Sequence record: SRR22947725_833
Strand: one strand, 5' to 3'
DNA: 64,000 nt
The notes beneath the pieces were generated by a model, which saw only the letters and a program-made list of their open reading frames with translations, did not search any database and was not told where the DNA came from. Made by a program: the position numbers and the translations under genes. Below, piece by piece: positions 1 through 10,152 of the stretch. The number at the start of each line of letters is the position of its first letter. The stretch's first letter is position 1.

Positions 1-549
1 ATTCGCATCTTCATGATCATTTTGATAAGGTCCCCAGCCAAGCTCCAACATATAATCACAAATCTCAGCTATAACATCATATCGCCGCATTATTGCCTGT
101 TGATCATAGCATGGCTTTGTGGCGGTATCATACTCATCCGAAATTTTATCACCTTCTGGCGTCAAAAGAAAAAACTCTGCTTCTATTCCTGTCTTGACAT
201 GCATCCCCTCTGAAGCTGCTGTTTTTATAAGTTTGTTCAAAACATTTCTTGGTGCTTGATCAACTGTTTCACCATCCATCATTAAATTTGCAGGAACCCA
301 AGCCACGTCTCGCTTCCATGGGAGTTGAATAACTGCACTAGTGTCTGGAACAGCAAGCATATCAGGATGAGCCGGCGTAAGATCTAAGTAGGTTGAAAAC
401 CCAGCAAATCCAGCACCTTCATGTTGCATTGCACCTATTGCCTGAGCGGGAACAAGTTTAGCTCTTTGCCCCCCAAAAAGATCAGTATAAGAAACCATAA
501 AGTATTTTACATTTTTTTCTTTTGCGAATGCTGCTAAATCGATTGCCAT
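1..549 (-). CDS. gmaS: Gamma-glutamylmethylamide synthetase / type III glutamate-ammonia ligase (partial, 3' end outside window)
   Basis: Not in the ORF track; read manually. ATG at 549 after RBS AGGGGGA. Translates MAIDLAAFAKEKNVKYFMVSYTDLFGGQRAKLVPA...GAGFAGF...PYQNDHEDAN, the GlnT/GmaS signature. Lies directly downstream of mgsABC. Confidence 0.9.
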   Translation of the reverse strand, partial: MAIDLAAFAKEKNVKYFMVSYTDLFGGQRAKLVPAQAIGAMQHEGAGFAGFSTYLDLTPAHPDMLAVPDTSAVIQLPWKRDVAWVPANLMMDGETVDQAPRNVLNKLIKTAASEGMHVKTGIEAEFFLLTPEGDKISDEYDTATKPCYDQQAIMRRYDVIAEICDYMLELGWGPYQNDHEDAN

Positions 550-594
550 CTATTCCCCCTTAAAATTTTTCAAAGTTAATTAATATGATACTAG

Positions 595-1941
595 TTAAAG
601 AAATTCTCCTGTTTTTCCAGGCCACCACTCTGTCCCTGCCAATGGCACACGTGCCATAGCCGCCGCTTCCAATGTAATTGCACACAAATCCTCAGGCTCC
701 AGATTATGTATATGATTTTTACCACAAGCGCGTGCAATTGTTTGAGCTTCCAGAGTTAAAACCTTTAAATAATTACTAAGCCTTCGGCCTCCCTCAATTG
801 GGTCAAGGCGCAACATTAGATTTGGGTCTTGAGTTGTTATGCCAGCCGGATCTTTTCCCTCATGCCAATCATCATAAGCTCCAGCTGTAGTACCCAGCTT
901 TTGATACTCTTCTTCCCATTTTGGATCGTTATCTCCGATTGCTATCAAGGCCGCTGTACCTATCGAAACTGCGTCGGCTCCTAAAGCAATTGCTTTTGCT
1001 ACATCTGCTCCGTTTCGTATTCCTCCTGACACTACCAACTGCACATCTCGATGAACCCCTAGATCTTGGAGTGCTCTAACCGCCTCTCTGATACATGCGA
1101 GAGTAGGTAAACCGACATGTTCAATAAATACATCTTGAGTGGCGGCCGTCCCACCTTGCATTCCATCCAAGACTACTACATCAGCCCCAGCTTTCACAGC
1201 CAAGGCCGTATCGAAATAAGGACGAGCACCTGCTATTTTAAGATAGATTGGAACTTTCCATGACGTGATTTCTCTTAACTCTAGTATTTTTATTTCCAAA
1301 TCATCAGGACCGGTCCAATCAGGGTGACGACAAGATGAACGCTGATCAATTCCCTTAGGCAAATTTCTCATTTGGGCCACACGATCACTAATTTTTTGTC
1401 CCAACAGCATACCTCCCCCACCAGGTTTTGCTCCTTGACCAACAACGATCTCTATCGCATCTGCTTTTCGAAGATCAACAGGATTCATCCCATATCGAGA
1501 GGGTAAATATTGGTAAACGAGTTTACTAGAATGCTCCCGTTCTTCCTCAGTCATTCCTCCATCTCCAGTCGTTGTCGAAGTCCCTGCTAATGTCGCACCT
1601 CTCCCTAGAGATTCTTTCGCATTACCAGATAAAGCGCCAAAACTCATTCCCGCAATTGTTATTGGAATATCTAATTCCAACGGGTTTTTTGCAAATCTAG
1701 TTCCTAAAATGACCTTAGTTTCACACTTTTCTCGGTAACCCTCCAATGGGTATCGAGAGATTGACGCCCCAAGGAATAGTAAATCATCAAAATGAGGTAC
1801 TTTACGTTTTGCTCCCCCTCCTCTGATATCATATATGCCAGTCGCGGCAGCTCGCCTAATTTCTGAATTTACAGAATTAGAAAATGTTGCTGATTGCACA
1901 GGTTCAGTGCGTGGAGATTCATTATTCTTATTGTCTTTCAC
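595..1941 (-). CDS. mgsC: N-methylglutamate synthase subunit C (FMN-binding glutamate synthase family, GlxD)
   Basis: Motifs GMSFGALS, TTTGDGG, GQGAKPGGGG, DGMQGGT, SGGIRNG. Start moved to GTG at 1941 (RBS GGGGA) because the longer ORF overlaps mgsB. Confidence 0.9.
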   Translation of the reverse strand: MKDNKNNESPRTEPVQSATFSNSVNSEIRRAAATGIYDIRGGGAKRKVPHFDDLLFLGASISRYPLEGYREKCETKVILGTRFAKNPLELDIPITIAGMSFGALSGNAKESLGRGATLAGTSTTTGDGGMTEEEREHSSKLVYQYLPSRYGMNPVDLRKADAIEIVVGQGAKPGGGGMLLGQKISDRVAQMRNLPKGIDQRSSCRHPDWTGPDDLEIKILELREITSWKVPIYLKIAGARPYFDTALAVKAGADVVVLDGMQGGTAATQDVFIEHVGLPTLACIREAVRALQDLGVHRDVQLVVSGGIRNGADVAKAIALGADAVSIGTAALIAIGDNDPKWEEEYQKLGTTAGAYDDWHEGKDPAGITTQDPNLMLRLDPIEGGRRLSNYLKVLTLEAQTIARACGKNHIHNLEPEDLCAITLEAAAMARVPLAGTEWWPGKTGEFL

Positions 1942-1951
1942 TAGTATCCCC

Positions 1952-2629
1952 TTAGTATGCGTTATCGATATTAAAATTATATAGTTTTCTTGCCGAACCG
2001 TAACGCCTGAATTCCTCTGCCTTAACTTTTGATCCCGACGTCGCAAGCAGATTACTGAGGATATCTAAATGTTCTTTCCTCATCTCTTTTTCTATACAAT
2101 CTGCACCTAAAGATTTTACTGACCCCCTTACAAACAATCTGGCTTCATAAAGAGAATCTCCCAACGCATCTCCAGCATCTCCACAAATCACCAAGTTCCC
2201 AGACTGTGCCATGAATGCACTCATATGACCAACATCTCCAAAAACCACTATATCTATACCCTTCATCGATATCCCACAGCGTGACGAAGCATTACCTTTT
2301 ATAACTAACAAACCTCCATGCCCAGTCGCTCCAGCGTACTGGCTAGCATCTCCCTCAACTGTAACAGTGCCCGACATCATATTTTCAGCAACGCCAGGAC
2401 CAACAGAACCATCCACAGTAATGTGTGCTTTCTGATTCATTCCTCCCAAGTAATACCCTGTTGAACCAATCACCCGAACTTCCATTGGTGTGTCTAAGCC
2501 TACAGCTATTGCGTGTTTTCCTCTTGGATTTTGAACTTCCCAATTAACTTTATTGATATCAGATTTTTGTTCATGAAGAGTAGCGTTTAACTCTCTGAGA
2601 GAATTACTTTCTAAATCAAAAACTTTCAT
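1952..2629 (-). CDS. mgsB: N-methylglutamate synthase subunit B (GXGXG domain, GlxC)
   Basis: Gly-rich beta-helix repeats (GSTGYYLGGMN, GVAENMMSG, GDAGDALGDS). ATG at 2629 lies just after the mgsA stop. Confidence 0.9.
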   Translation of the reverse strand: MKVFDLESNSLRELNATLHEQKSDINKVNWEVQNPRGKHAIAVGLDTPMEVRVIGSTGYYLGGMNQKAHITVDGSVGPGVAENMMSGTVTVEGDASQYAGATGHGGLLVIKGNASSRCGISMKGIDIVVFGDVGHMSAFMAQSGNLVICGDAGDALGDSLYEARLFVRGSVKSLGADCIEKEMRKEHLDILSNLLATSGSKVKAEEFRRYGSARKLYNFNIDNAY

Positions 2630-2630
2630 T

Positions 2631-3527
2631 CTAGTGACTCCAAAAATAAACAGTTGCAGGTTCTGGTTCCCAAACCTTCGCATTTTCGATCTCAGGTAAA
2701 TCAACTAACGCTCGATACTCCGAACCAAAAGCAACATATTGATCTGTCTCAGCCATAATCGCAGGTTTACAAGCTATTGGGTCTCGAACAACCCCAAAAC
2801 CATCCTTAGTTCCTACAACAAAAGTAAAAAAGCCATCAAGGTCCTTTAAACAACTTTCCAGTGCTTCCTCCAAAGAACTACCTTGCTGCATTTTATAAGA
2901 TAAATAAGCAGCGCCAACCTCTGTGTCATTTTCTGTCTCAATTAATACACCCTGTCTTTTAAGCTTTCTTCTAAGAGAATTATGGTTAGACAGCGACCCA
3001 TTATGCACCAAACATTGGTCTTGGCCCGTAGAGAATGGGTGCGCACCCATAGTTGTTACAGCGGACTCTGTTGCCATTCGCGTGTGACCAATTCCATGAC
3101 TTCCAGACATTTTTGAAATCGAGAAACGATCAACAACTTCTCTTGGAAGTCCAACTTCTTTATAAATCTCTACTTTTTCTCCAACACTCATGACCCTCAC
3201 AGCAGGGCAAAGTTTAGCTAAAGCTTGACGGGCCAGAGTTATTTTCTCTCCAGACAACTTTATAACAGCGTGTGTATCTTTAACTTCAACAGAAACAGAT
3301 GATTCTATCATCGCCGAGAGATTATCTTTAATTAATCTAAATTCAACTTCAGGATTACCAGACTGCACCGTCAACTTAAAATCTTTGTTTGAAGTAGAAT
3401 CATAAATTGCAATACCAGCACTATCGGGTCCCCTTTCAGTCATAGTTATAAGCATGTTTGTAAGCATTAGTCCCAAACTTGGCATCAAGGATTGATCCTT
3501 AAGAAACAGCCCAACTATTCCACACAT
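2631..3527 (-). CDS. mgsA: N-methylglutamate synthase subunit A (class II glutamine amidotransferase, GlxB)
   Basis: N-terminal MCGIVG (Ntn Cys), RGPDSAG, GHTRMAT, HNG, TENDTEV. Confidence 0.9.
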   Translation of the reverse strand: MCGIVGLFLKDQSLMPSLGLMLTNMLITMTERGPDSAGIAIYDSTSNKDFKLTVQSGNPEVEFRLIKDNLSAMIESSVSVEVKDTHAVIKLSGEKITLARQALAKLCPAVRVMSVGEKVEIYKEVGLPREVVDRFSISKMSGSHGIGHTRMATESAVTTMGAHPFSTGQDQCLVHNGSLSNHNSLRRKLKRQGVLIETENDTEVGAAYLSYKMQQGSSLEEALESCLKDLDGFFTFVVGTKDGFGVVRDPIACKPAIMAETDQYVAFGSEYRALVDLPEIENAKVWEPEPATVYFWSH

Positions 3528-3770
3528 AATTTATTTTCCTCGACTAATTTGACCTGACTTCGTAATACCAAGACTTATCCGAGTTCACAATATCACCAAT
3601 GATAAAAGCACTCTCTGATAAAAAGGGCCTGGGAGTGATTTGGCTCTAAAGCTATAAGCCTTAATATTTAATTTAGTGACATCTAAACTTAAGATGCTCT
3701 CTGTGAAGTAATCTAAACTCCTCAAATAATACACCTATTATTTCATACTAAGAACACTTATGGTATTCGG

Positions 3771-4946
3771 ATGACTATTAAAAACAAACATGTAGCGGAT
3801 ATTTACCTAAATATCAGTCACTTCATCGACCATTTTATAATGCTTATTTTTGCAAAAGCAGCATACGATGCGGGAAGGGAGTTTGGCCTAGGTTACGAAG
3901 AAATAATTGTTTCTGGTGTCTTAGGTTTCATTCTTTTTGGTGCGGCTGCGCCAATAGCGTCAATATTAGCTAATAAATACTCACGATCAGTAATGATGGT
4001 CATCTTCCACTTTGGCATCGGAATTTCAGCTATAATTTGCAGTTTTGCCAGCACTCCTTGGGAATTATCAATAGGCTTGGGCCTAATTGGAGTTTTTGCA
4101 GCAATATTCCATCCTGTGGGAATTGCTATGCTGCTAAAAAATAGTAAGAAATTAGGTTATCGATTAGGAATAAATGGGGTTTTTGGAAATATGGGTGTGG
4201 CCGCAGCACCTCTAATAACTGGGTTTTTACTACTAATATCAGATTGGAAACTTTCTTTTATATTACCAGGAATTGCATGTATTTTATACGGAGTTATCTT
4301 TCTACTAGCATTAAGGGATGAACCGAAAGCTGTTCAAACAGAAAAAACAAATGAACGCGACGATGTGTTTGCACCTCAATGGCGTCGAGCTCTATTGGCT
4401 CTTGCTTTAACAACTACGAGTGGTGGGTTCATCTTCGGTGCAATGACGTTTATTATTCCTAGGTACTTTGAACTTCAATTAACAGGAATAACTAGTTCAG
4501 TTGCGGTTACTGGCCTTATAGCCTCAATGGTTTATGCAATAGCGGGGTTTACGCAAATAGGGGCTGGGTTATTAATTGACCGCTTTCCCGCAAAGCCAAT
4601 TTTATTTGTTATTGGGGTTGGACAAGTAATATTCATATTTCTTGCCTCAACAGTCTCTGACCTTCAATTATTTTTTGTAACATTAGTAGCAACTAGCTTT
4701 GTTTTTGGTCAAATACCTATAATCGATACTATTATGTCTAGATATATTCCTGATAAGGCACGAGGAAATGTTTTAAGTGTGAAGTTCGCTTTAAACTTGG
4801 GCGCAGGCGCAAGTGTCCTGCCCATTTCTAGCTTAATGCTTAAAAATGGTTATGATTTATCGAGCTTATTCACGGTTATGAGTTTTATGGCTATGTTTGT
4901 AGTTCTTGCATCGCTGATCCTACCTTCCGGGCAGAGAACTCAATAA
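3771..4946 (+). CDS. MFS transporter
   Basis: About 12 hydrophobic segments, HFIDH near the N-terminus, motif-A-like GLLIDRFP in the second half. Confidence 0.85.
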   Translation: MTIKNKHVADIYLNISHFIDHFIMLIFAKAAYDAGREFGLGYEEIIVSGVLGFILFGAAAPIASILANKYSRSVMMVIFHFGIGISAIICSFASTPWELSIGLGLIGVFAAIFHPVGIAMLLKNSKKLGYRLGINGVFGNMGVAAAPLITGFLLLISDWKLSFILPGIACILYGVIFLLALRDEPKAVQTEKTNERDDVFAPQWRRALLALALTTTSGGFIFGAMTFIIPRYFELQLTGITSSVAVTGLIASMVYAIAGFTQIGAGLLIDRFPAKPILFVIGVGQVIFIFLASTVSDLQLFFVTLVATSFVFGQIPIIDTIMSRYIPDKARGNVLSVKFALNLGAGASVLPISSLMLKNGYDLSSLFTVMSFMAMFVVLASLILPSGQRTQ

Positions 4947-4967
4947 TGATAAAAACTTATACTATTG

Positions 4968-5279
4968 CTAGTGGGTCCATACTACTTTTCGGTTAGTATC
5001 AAAGTTTTCAGCATAGCCCCCGCTTCGTATTATAGGTTTCCTTTTTTTAGGATCTACAATTATAGCTTCTATGCCATGCTTATTCGCATATTTTACTGCT
5101 GATTCTTTATCTGGAAAACTTAACTTTACTTGAGCCTGCATCTCGCCAGATGATGTCCACCCCATTAGAGGATCAATTTTTCTGGACATTTCAGGGTTAA
5201 ACTCTAAAACCCAGCCTTGAGACTTAGCATTGCCGGACTGGGTAGCTGGTCTACTTGGTTGAAAAATTCTAGCACTCAT
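4968..5279 (-). CDS. ETC complex I subunit (NDUFS4-like)
   Basis: ARIFQP..ATQSG, W.LEF, DPLMGWTSS, KLSF...E.A..YA. Confidence 0.9.
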   Translation of the reverse strand: MSARIFQPSRPATQSGNAKSQGWVLEFNPEMSRKIDPLMGWTSSGEMQAQVKLSFPDKESAVKYANKHGIEAIIVDPKKRKPIIRSGGYAENFDTNRKVVWTH

Positions 5280-5379
5280 GTCTTGTCTCCATTGATGACA
5301 TCTTTATATCTAAAAAATTAAGGCTATTTGCAAGAGGGCAAAGTAACTAAAAGTAATTTAAAAGGAAAAGATCTTACTT

Positions 5380-7572
5380 ATGCATAATAACTCTCCAATA
5401 AATATCCCCTTAATAACGCAATCGCCAATGGAGCTTACAAAAAGAGAAAAGCTCGAGGGTGGACAATCTTTTGTATTGGAAACTTCCTTTGATGCAGCAG
5501 GAGATCAACCAGATGCAATAAAAGAGTTAATAAAAGGGTTAAGTGATGGAGAACAAAATCAGGTACTATTAGGAGCAACAGGTACTGGTAAAACTTTTAC
5601 AATGGCTAAAGTTATTGAAGAAACACAACGGCCAGCAATTATTCTAGCACCTAATAAAACATTAGCAGCCCAACTTTATGGAGAATTTAAAAATTTTTTT
5701 CCAAGCAACGCAGTAGAGTATTTCGTCTCCTATTACGATTATTATCAACCCGAAGCCTATGTTGCTCGGTCAGACACTTACATTGAGAAAGAAAGCCAAA
5801 TAAATGAACAAATTGATCGAATGAGGCATTCTGCAACTCGTTCTTTATTAGAGCGAGATGATGTAATAATTGTTGCATCAGTCAGTTGTATTTACGGAAT
5901 CGGTTCTGTAGAAACCTACGGTGCAATGACGCAAGACTTATTTTTAGGGCAAGCTTACGATCAAAGAAAGGTGATGTCCGACCTCGTCGCACAACAATAT
6001 AAACGGAATGATCAAGCTTTTCAAAGAGGAAGTTTTAGAGTGCGTGGGGACTCTTTAGAAGTTTGGCCTGCGCACCTAGAGGACCGCTCATGGCGAATGT
6101 CTTTTTTTGGAGAGGAACTTGAATCTATTACTGAATTTGATCCACTTACAGGAAAAAAAACAGATTCATTTGAGAGAATACGTTTGTACGCAAATTCACA
6201 TTACGTAACTCCTCGACCAACAATGAAGCAAGCAATAACAGGCATTAAAAATGAATTAAAAGTTCGGCTAGACCAATTAAGTAAAGAAAGTAAATTGTTG
6301 GAACTACAACGTTTAGAGCAACGAACTAATTTTGACCTTGAGATGCTTGAAGCAACTGGCGTGTGTAGTGGTATTGAAAATTACTCTCGTTATTTGACAG
6401 GCAGAGCACCAGGTGAACCACCGCCTACATTATTTGAATTTATGCCCGATAACGCAATTGTATTTGCTGATGAGTCTCATGTCTCAGTTCCACAAATTAA
6501 TGGAATGTATAAAGGAGACTTTAGACGGAAATCTACACTTGCTGAGCATGGCTTTCGACTGCCATCATGCATGGATAATAGACCACTAAAGTTTGAGGAA
6601 TGGGACGGGATGAGGCCACAATCTGTTTTTGTTTCTGCTACCCCAGCAGGATGGGAGCTTGAGCAAACTGGTGGAGCTTTCATTGAACAAGTCATCAGAC
6701 CAACTGGCCTGCTAGATCCCATAATCGAAATTCGTCCAGCTACATCTCAAGTCGACGATATACTAGATGAAGTTCGCAAGGTCTCTGCGGATGGTTATCG
6801 CACTCTAATTACAACTCTCACAAAAAGGATGGCAGAGGACCTTACTGAATATTTGCATGAGCAAGGTATAAAAGTGCGGTACATGCACTCTGAAATAGAT
6901 ACTATTGAACGCATCGAAATTCTTCGTGACCTACGGCTTGGCGCTTTTGATGTATTAATAGGAATTAACCTTCTAAGAGAAGGCCTAGATATACCTGAGT
7001 GTCGTTTCGTAGGGATACTAGATGCAGACAAGGAAGGATTCTTGCGATCTGAAACCTCATTAATTCAAACAATCGGTCGAGCAGCTCGAAATGAAGAAGG
7101 AAAGGTAATTATGTACGCTGACAGAATTACTGGTTCAATGGAACGCGCAATTTCTGAAACTGATCGCAGACGAACCAAGCAAATCGCATACAACTCGCTG
7201 CACAATATAAAACCAGAAACAATTAAAAAGAACGTCGAAGATATTCTATCTGGCCTTTATAAGGGAGATGTTGATTTAAACCGTGTTACAGCTAAAATTG
7301 ATAAATCAGTTTCAGGCGCAAATCTAAAAGCTGTCCTTAAAGGACTACGAGAAGACATGTTTAAGGCCGCAGGGAACCTTGAGTTTGAAGAGGCGGCACG
7401 AGTGAGAGACGAAATACAACGGTTAGAAACGGTCGAACTTACCATAGCAGAAGATCCATTAGCGCGACAGTTCAATGTAGAAAATGCCCTCGAAAAAGTG
7501 AAAACCATGGCTGGACGTTCTACTGCAGGTCGGCCTGGACAGCGTGGAGGAGTTAAACGAAAGAAACGGTAG
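5380..7572 (+). CDS. uvrB: Excinuclease ABC subunit B
   Basis: GDQP, GATGTGKT, YYDYYQPEAY, DESH, QTIGRAARN, C-terminal UVR domain LEFEEAA. Confidence 0.98.
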   Translation: MHNNSPINIPLITQSPMELTKREKLEGGQSFVLETSFDAAGDQPDAIKELIKGLSDGEQNQVLLGATGTGKTFTMAKVIEETQRPAIILAPNKTLAAQLYGEFKNFFPSNAVEYFVSYYDYYQPEAYVARSDTYIEKESQINEQIDRMRHSATRSLLERDDVIIVASVSCIYGIGSVETYGAMTQDLFLGQAYDQRKVMSDLVAQQYKRNDQAFQRGSFRVRGDSLEVWPAHLEDRSWRMSFFGEELESITEFDPLTGKKTDSFERIRLYANSHYVTPRPTMKQAITGIKNELKVRLDQLSKESKLLELQRLEQRTNFDLEMLEATGVCSGIENYSRYLTGRAPGEPPPTLFEFMPDNAIVFADESHVSVPQINGMYKGDFRRKSTLAEHGFRLPSCMDNRPLKFEEWDGMRPQSVFVSATPAGWELEQTGGAFIEQVIRPTGLLDPIIEIRPATSQVDDILDEVRKVSADGYRTLITTLTKRMAEDLTEYLHEQGIKVRYMHSEIDTIERIEILRDLRLGAFDVLIGINLLREGLDIPECRFVGILDADKEGFLRSETSLIQTIGRAARNEEGKVIMYADRITGSMERAISETDRRRTKQIAYNSLHNIKPETIKKNVEDILSGLYKGDVDLNRVTAKIDKSVSGANLKAVLKGLREDMFKAAGNLEFEEAARVRDEIQRLETVELTIAEDPLARQFNVENALEKVKTMAGRSTAGRPGQRGGVKRKKR

Positions 7573-7574
7573 GT

Positions 7575-7985
7575 TTATGCTCCTATAGCTGGTGTGGTCA
7601 CTAAGTGCACACCAGCTATTTTCCAACCATCCGAGAACTTAACCATAGCATATTCTAATAAGAAGGGGTTTCCTTTGAAATCTCGTACAAATACTGTTTG
7701 AATGACGTAGTCACCTTCTAACCTAACTTCCATAAATTTTACAGAATTATTCCGCCAAACCATCGGGTAACCTTTTTTTACCATTTTCCCAAAATTCTTT
7801 GAACTTTTAAAAATTGTTTTTATATTCGGGGATGCAAAGGTAAAGGCCTTATCAAAATCATCTTCCAAAAATGCTGTCATCTGACCATTAATTGTGTTTA
7901 CAATTCCTGGAATATGTTTGGTTTCCGCATGTACATTGGCACTACTCAAAAAAATAAATACAAGACTTACTAAAAAATTTCTCAT
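7575..7985 (-). CDS. Secreted DUF4864-like protein
   Basis: ATG at 7985 with RBS GGGAGG. Signal peptide, then Q..AF...D...AF.FASP.I...F....NF..MV..GYPMVW pattern. Confidence 0.75.
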   Translation of the reverse strand: MRNFLVSLVFIFLSSANVHAETKHIPGIVNTINGQMTAFLEDDFDKAFTFASPNIKTIFKSSKNFGKMVKKGYPMVWRNNSVKFMEVRLEGDYVIQTVFVRDFKGNPFLLEYAMVKFSDGWKIAGVHLVTTPAIGA

Positions 7986-8030
7986 TACTAACCTCCCATG
8001 TGGATTACTTTGTCCCAATTAACACCAATA

Positions 8031-9608
8031 CTACTCTACTAGCTCTCCGTTAACCGCTTTGTTTATTAGTTTTATCGTTTCGTTAACACCATAAAGTGCT
8101 ATAAAACCCCCAAATCTTGGGCCCTGAGATGCTCCCAGTAATACTTCATATATAGCTGTAAACCAATTCCTTAAAGGATCAAACCTGTCCCTTCCGCACG
8201 CGTATACTTCTCCCTGCAATCCTTCTGGATCAAGATCACCAGTCCACGCTTTAAGGCGCGTTTCTAAATCTTGAAAAGCAAGTATTTCTAAATCAGTGGC
8301 TAAACGATATTTTTTATGAGGTTTAACAAAATCGTTGTAATAACGGATCGCACATTCTATCGCTCTATCAAGGTCAGGGTGTGTTTCAGGACTAGTGTTC
8401 AGGGCATAACGCTTTACAAACCCCCATAAGTGATCGGTTTCAGAGGCACCAGAAACAGAAGTTAGGTTTAATAACATTGAAAAAGGAATTGGCAAATTTG
8501 GTGCGGGTGCTTCCTGGCCGTGAATATGAAAAATTGGGTTTGATAATTTCTGGGGTACCTCTTGCTCTTGATATGCCCGCAGTTGCTGATAATATTCATC
8601 TGTCATCTTAGGAATAACATCAAAATATAAGCGTTTTGCTGTTTTTGGCTTCTGATACATAAAGTACTGTAAGCTTTCTGGAGATGAGTACGAAAGCCAA
8701 TCCTCCATAGACAGTCCATTCCCTTTTGATTTAGAAATTTTTTGACCATTCTCATCGTTAAATAGCTCGTAAGATAAGCTTTCTGGTGGCGCTTTTCCCA
8801 GAGCCCTACAAATCTTTGACGACTGAGAGACCGATTCAATCAGGTCTTTTCCTGACATTTCATAATCAACACCCAGAGACATCCATCGCATAGCCCAGTC
8901 AGGCTTCCACTGCATTTTCACGTTTCCACCCGTAACTGATATTTCTATTTTCTCACCATCGGGTTCTTGATAGACAATTGTGCCCTTTGAAGGATTTCGT
9001 TCTAAAGTAGGAACTTGTAAAACATGCCCAGTCTTTGGGCTTATAGGTAAAAAACAGGAGTAGGTTGCTCTACGTTCCTCTCCAAGAGTTGGTAACATTA
9101 TTGCTTGAATTTTATCAAAACGTTCCAAAGCAATTTGCAAAGCGTCGTCAAATTTCCCAGAAGTGTAATAATCAGTAGATGAAGCAAACTCATACTCAAA
9201 CCCAAAGGAATCTAAAAACTCTTTGAGGGTGGAGTTATTATGATCTGCAAAACTTTTATGTGTACCAAATGGATCTCTAACCTTAGTGAGTGGTAGATTC
9301 AGGTCTGCGACGAGTTCCTCTTGAAGTGGAACATTATTTGGAACCTTTCGAAAGCCGTCCATATCGTCTGAGAAACATAAAAGTTTGGAGGGTATATCAC
9401 TAATAATATCAAATGCATGTTTGACCATCGTTGTACGTGACACCTCACCAAAGGTACCAATATGCGGCAAACCACTTGGCCCATAACCTGTTTGAAATAG
9501 TACGTAACCTTTATCAGGATAAGAGTTTTTATATCGTTTTAAAACTCTGCGAGCCTCTTCAAATGGCCAGGCCTTAGAATTAACTCCCTCTTCCCTCAGA
9601 TTAAACAT
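8031..9608 (-). CDS. lysS: Class I lysyl-tRNA synthetase
   Basis: GYGPSGLPHIGTFGE (HIGH-like), KISKSKGN (KMSKS-like), GPRFG. Confidence 0.97.
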   Translation of the reverse strand: MFNLREEGVNSKAWPFEEARRVLKRYKNSYPDKGYVLFQTGYGPSGLPHIGTFGEVSRTTMVKHAFDIISDIPSKLLCFSDDMDGFRKVPNNVPLQEELVADLNLPLTKVRDPFGTHKSFADHNNSTLKEFLDSFGFEYEFASSTDYYTSGKFDDALQIALERFDKIQAIMLPTLGEERRATYSCFLPISPKTGHVLQVPTLERNPSKGTIVYQEPDGEKIEISVTGGNVKMQWKPDWAMRWMSLGVDYEMSGKDLIESVSQSSKICRALGKAPPESLSYELFNDENGQKISKSKGNGLSMEDWLSYSSPESLQYFMYQKPKTAKRLYFDVIPKMTDEYYQQLRAYQEQEVPQKLSNPIFHIHGQEAPAPNLPIPFSMLLNLTSVSGASETDHLWGFVKRYALNTSPETHPDLDRAIECAIRYYNDFVKPHKKYRLATDLEILAFQDLETRLKAWTGDLDPEGLQGEVYACGRDRFDPLRNWFTAIYEVLLGASQGPRFGGFIALYGVNETIKLINKAVNGELVE

Positions 9609-9719
9609 TATATTTCCAAATTTGTTAAAATATTGATATATTACTAAGAACTAGTTAAGTATTATGCTAAGTCAACCCGGTCAATGTTTCGTATTGCGAC
9701 ATTTTAGATTGAGATTTTA

Positions 9720-10142
9720 ATGGACAACAAACTAAACATACTTTCACCTCAGGACTCATTAGTTGCAATCATGATTGCAATATCAATTTCAGACGAAAAC
9801 ATTAGAACCTCTGAACTAATTACAATTCAACAGGTTGTTAATCATTTACCTATTTTTTCTGAATATGACCCTCAAACAATTAGACTGGTCGCTGAAATAA
9901 CATTTGGATTATTCGAGGAAGAAGATGGTCTAGACTCTTTCTTTAAGCTAATAAAACAATCACTGCCTGATAGATTATACGAAACTGCATATGCGCTTGC
10001 CTGCGACGTCGCGGCAGCAGATGGAAAATTAGAGCAACCTGAGCTACGGTTACTTGAAGAAATCAGGTACGAATTGAATATTGATAGGTTAAATGCTGTG
10101 GCTATTGAAGTGGGGGCCAGAGCGCGTCACGCCACCCTCTAA
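9720..10142 (+). CDS. TerB-family (tellurite resistance-like) protein
   Basis: ETAYALACDVAAADG...E.RLL motif; usual neighbour of lysS in Rhodobacteraceae. Confidence 0.8.
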   Translation: MDNKLNILSPQDSLVAIMIAISISDENIRTSELITIQQVVNHLPIFSEYDPQTIRLVAEITFGLFEEEDGLDSFFKLIKQSLPDRLYETAYALACDVAAADGKLEQPELRLLEEIRYELNIDRLNAVAIEVGARARHATL

Positions 10143-10152
10143 AATTTATTAT

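Noticed and set aside
13-213. 66-aa plus-strand ORF
   Set aside because: Antisense shadow of gmaS, whose minus-strand frame has clear family motifs.
1942-2046. N-terminal extension of mgsC in the ORF track, and similar extensions for mgsB, the FAD oxidoreductase, tauA, tpa, the 547-aa protein and dnaA
   Set aside because: They overlap upstream genes or lack an RBS; downstream starts with an RBS or stop/start coupling fit better.
3528-3770. Possible riboswitch or sRNA upstream of mgsA
   Set aside because: No recognisable glycine, SAM, SAM-SAH, TPP or cobalamin consensus by eye. An Rfam/Infernal scan would be needed to exclude one.
5280-5379. LexA box upstream of uvrB
   Set aside because: No alphaproteobacterial GTTC-N7-GTTC or GAAC-N7-GAAC motif seen.
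5687-7508. Four short minus-strand ORFs inside uvrB
   Set aside because: Antisense to a conserved gene, with no motifs.
8031-9608. Class I LysRS as an archaeal-type horizontal transfer
   Set aside because: Class I LysRS is normal in many alphaproteobacteria.
9720-10142. TerB protein as part of an anti-phage or tellurite system
   Set aside because: A solitary gene in a conserved housekeeping context with no other ter or defence genes.
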